A DNA stretch of 64,000 nt from Candidatus Nomurabacteria bacterium (GTDB taxonomy: Bacteria; Patescibacteriota; Minisyncoccia; Phycocordibacterales; UBA918): positions 225,753 to 289,752 of the forward strand of contig JACKGJ010000001.1 of assembly GCA_020631995.1 (NCBI GenBank). Direction: 5' to 3'. Both the position numbers and the translations under genes were made by a program. Below the pieces are notes generated by a model. It did not search any database. It was not told the DNA's origin and worked only from the letters and a program-made list of their open reading frames with translations. Below are positions 62,539 to 64,000 of this stretch, in pieces (positions within the stretch are counted from its first letter, which is position 1; each line of letters starts with the position of its first letter).

Positions 62539-64000
62539 TTATTCAACAGTAATTTCAATACTCCTATCATCCACTCCGAACTCATTGTTTCGCTGTCCAC
62601 CACATTCAATACGGTACACAGCACTACGTTCGGTAATGTTATATCCTTCACTCTCAGTATTTCCGGTGGTCATAGCTCGATTCTTCACAGTTAGAGAATA
62701 GTTACCGTTGTCATTAAGGAAGGGGAGACACTGTTGGTAGGACGAACCGTCCCATCGGAAGTATAGTTGTGAACCACTACTGATGTTAATGGACGAGTTA
62801 TTAGTCCAATCAAGGACAGTCTGACCTTGGGTATCAATAGCTTTTACTTCAAAAGTAATTTCATTAGAGACATTGGGTTTGAAAGTCTCTGTTTCAGTAG
62901 TGGTATTTTCAGGAACGGTTGTTGTAGATGTGGATACAGTCTCTGTTTCCACAGTTGCTTCTGCAACTAGACTACTCATATCAAGGTCTTGGAATGCAGA
63001 GAAACGGATCATTTCTGACAATCGTTGACGATCTAATGTGCCAACGTCATCAAAAGTTTCAAAGTGATCAGCTATTTGATCAACAAAGTCCTGCTTTTCA
63101 CCTCCACCGCAACGAACTGCACGGAAGGCTTGGTCAGAAGTGGCACCCCTGATTGCATTTTGCGCTATCACTATCTCATAAAGATACGGGCGGGTGAGGC
63201 CAGGAACAAATGGACATTCCGCCTCAACATCTAGTAGAACCAGCACTGACTGTATGTCGTTCATAGTTATCTCATCGTCATCTGATGGCGTGAGGGTTCC
63301 GAAGTCAGTAACTATCGGATTATCGTCTCCTTCATTATTGCGGAATAGGTCAAGTGCGGAAAGACCAACGTCTTTCAGTGTCTCCACAATTTTTGACATC
63401 ACTGGTCCAGACGATGGGGGAGGGATTTCTACTGATTCAGCAATAAGTGTCAATACGTTACCGACAAATCCTGTCTCAGCAAAACGTTCGTTCATATAAC
63501 GGTAGGAAGTATATTTTGGCACCGTGGTTCCACGTACATCTCCATTTTTTAGGTATACGCGGTAGATGTAGTACTCATCAGCAGGAACTTCACTATCTGG
63601 GTCGATAAGTGCGCGAGTGACTGCGTCAATGTCGGCTAATTGGTACGAGCTAGTGTCGGAAAATAGGGAATTTAGTAGGTTAGATAGAGGATTACCTTGA
63701 GGTAATACGCCGGCGTTTTCTGCAGTTTCGACCAATTCTCCGTCTTGATAGTACTCGACAGTGTAGACATAGTTTGAGTCTTCAACTGATTCGTACCACA
63801 CACCGTCTACAACTACTGGTGCATATGTACCGTCAGAGTAGATAACATTTTGACGTTGGTCGTCGAGGATGATACTTGGGTTTTCGGTCTCAGTTTCTAT
63901 CTCATTTGGATCATCTTCCTCATGTATATAGTTATAATTTTTGTAAGCATTGTCTGTGTAGACACCTTCGACACTAAAATACATATCACCAGTATTACCA
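62539..64000 (-). CDS. Large hypothetical protein, N-terminus beyond the window
   Basis: The reading frame stays open to the window edge upstream of the track's Met at 63984. It is acidic with a Thr-rich linker (TVSTSTTTVPENTTTETE) and a C-terminal beta-rich domain. Confidence 0.5.
   Translation of the reverse strand, partial: GNTGDMYFSVEGVYTDNAYKNYNYIHEEDDPNEIETETENPSIILDDQRQNVIYSDGTYAPVVVDGVWYESVEDSNYVYTVEYYQDGELVETAENAGVLPQGNPLSNLLNSLFSDTSSYQLADIDAVTRALIDPDSEVPADEYYIYRVYLKNGDVRGTTVPKYTSYRYMNERFAETGFVGNVLTLIAESVEIPPPSSGPVMSKIVETLKDVGLSALDLFRNNEGDDNPIVTDFGTLTPSDDDEITMNDIQSVLVLLDVEAECPFVPGLTRPYLYEIVIAQNAIRGATSDQAFRAVRCGGGEKQDFVDQIADHFETFDDVGTLDRQRLSEMIRFSAFQDLDMSSLVAEATVETETVSTSTTTVPENTTTETETFKPNVSNEITFEVKAIDTQGQTVLDWTNNSSINISSGSQLYFRWDGSSYQQCLPFLNDNGNYSLTVKNRAMTTGNTESEGYNITERSAVYRIECGGQRNNEFGVDDRSIEITVE

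Noticed and set aside
1-64000. Alternative genetic code (UGA recoding, as in some CPR lineages)
   Set aside because: All well-supported genes are intact and of normal length under code 11, and they end at TAA, TAG or TGA without in-frame TGA interruptions.

Overview
This is a low-GC bacterial chromosome segment (about 38-45% GC in hand-counted 60-nt lines) that spans the replication origin: rpmH-rnpA-yidC on the minus strand, then dnaA-oriC-dnaN on the plus strand. The gene content looks like a reduced Patescibacteria/CPR-type genome, but that placement is inference only. The supporting traits are a short YebC, DUF5667-type anti-sigma, tRNAs without encoded CCA plus a cca gene, free-standing LAGLIDADG genes, an intein, a minimal monoderm-type T4SS and many TATAAT-N6/7-ATG starts. 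I can support about 75 protein genes (standard code 11 fits), 4 tRNAs, no rRNA and no CRISPR array. Ordinary content includes a csoR-DUF305-DUF411-copB copper operon with a perfect palindromic operator, two ECF sigma genes, msrAB, mltG, csp, rpsO, comM, a LysM/M23 peptidase, rsmA and PBP1A. It also includes tyrS, ruvB-yebC-ruvC, an orphan pilB-type ATPase and tsaE-polA. Items worth a second look: (1) an 11-gene co-directional T4SS-like cluster (32.1-43.4 kb) abutting the origin, with no relaxase or coupling protein and seven unassignable genes; (2) three HTH + LAGLIDADG-like genes, each welded to a tRNA gene (Gly, Arg, Lys); (3) a 160-nt rod-shaped element built from direct and inverted copies of the tRNA-Gly 3' end; (4) six copies of a 14-bp palindrome in and upstream of yraN; (5) a three-copy intergenic terminator/promoter module with covarying hairpins; (6) a promoter-to-terminator ~290-nt rod-like candidate ncRNA between ruvB and pilB, plus a ~770-bp gene-free structured region after cca; (7) a 368-aa intein splitting helicase motif III of PcrA; (8) two short GC-rich (52-60%) islands. 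All RNA-family and protein-family assignments come from reading motifs by eye. No database search or folding computation was run.
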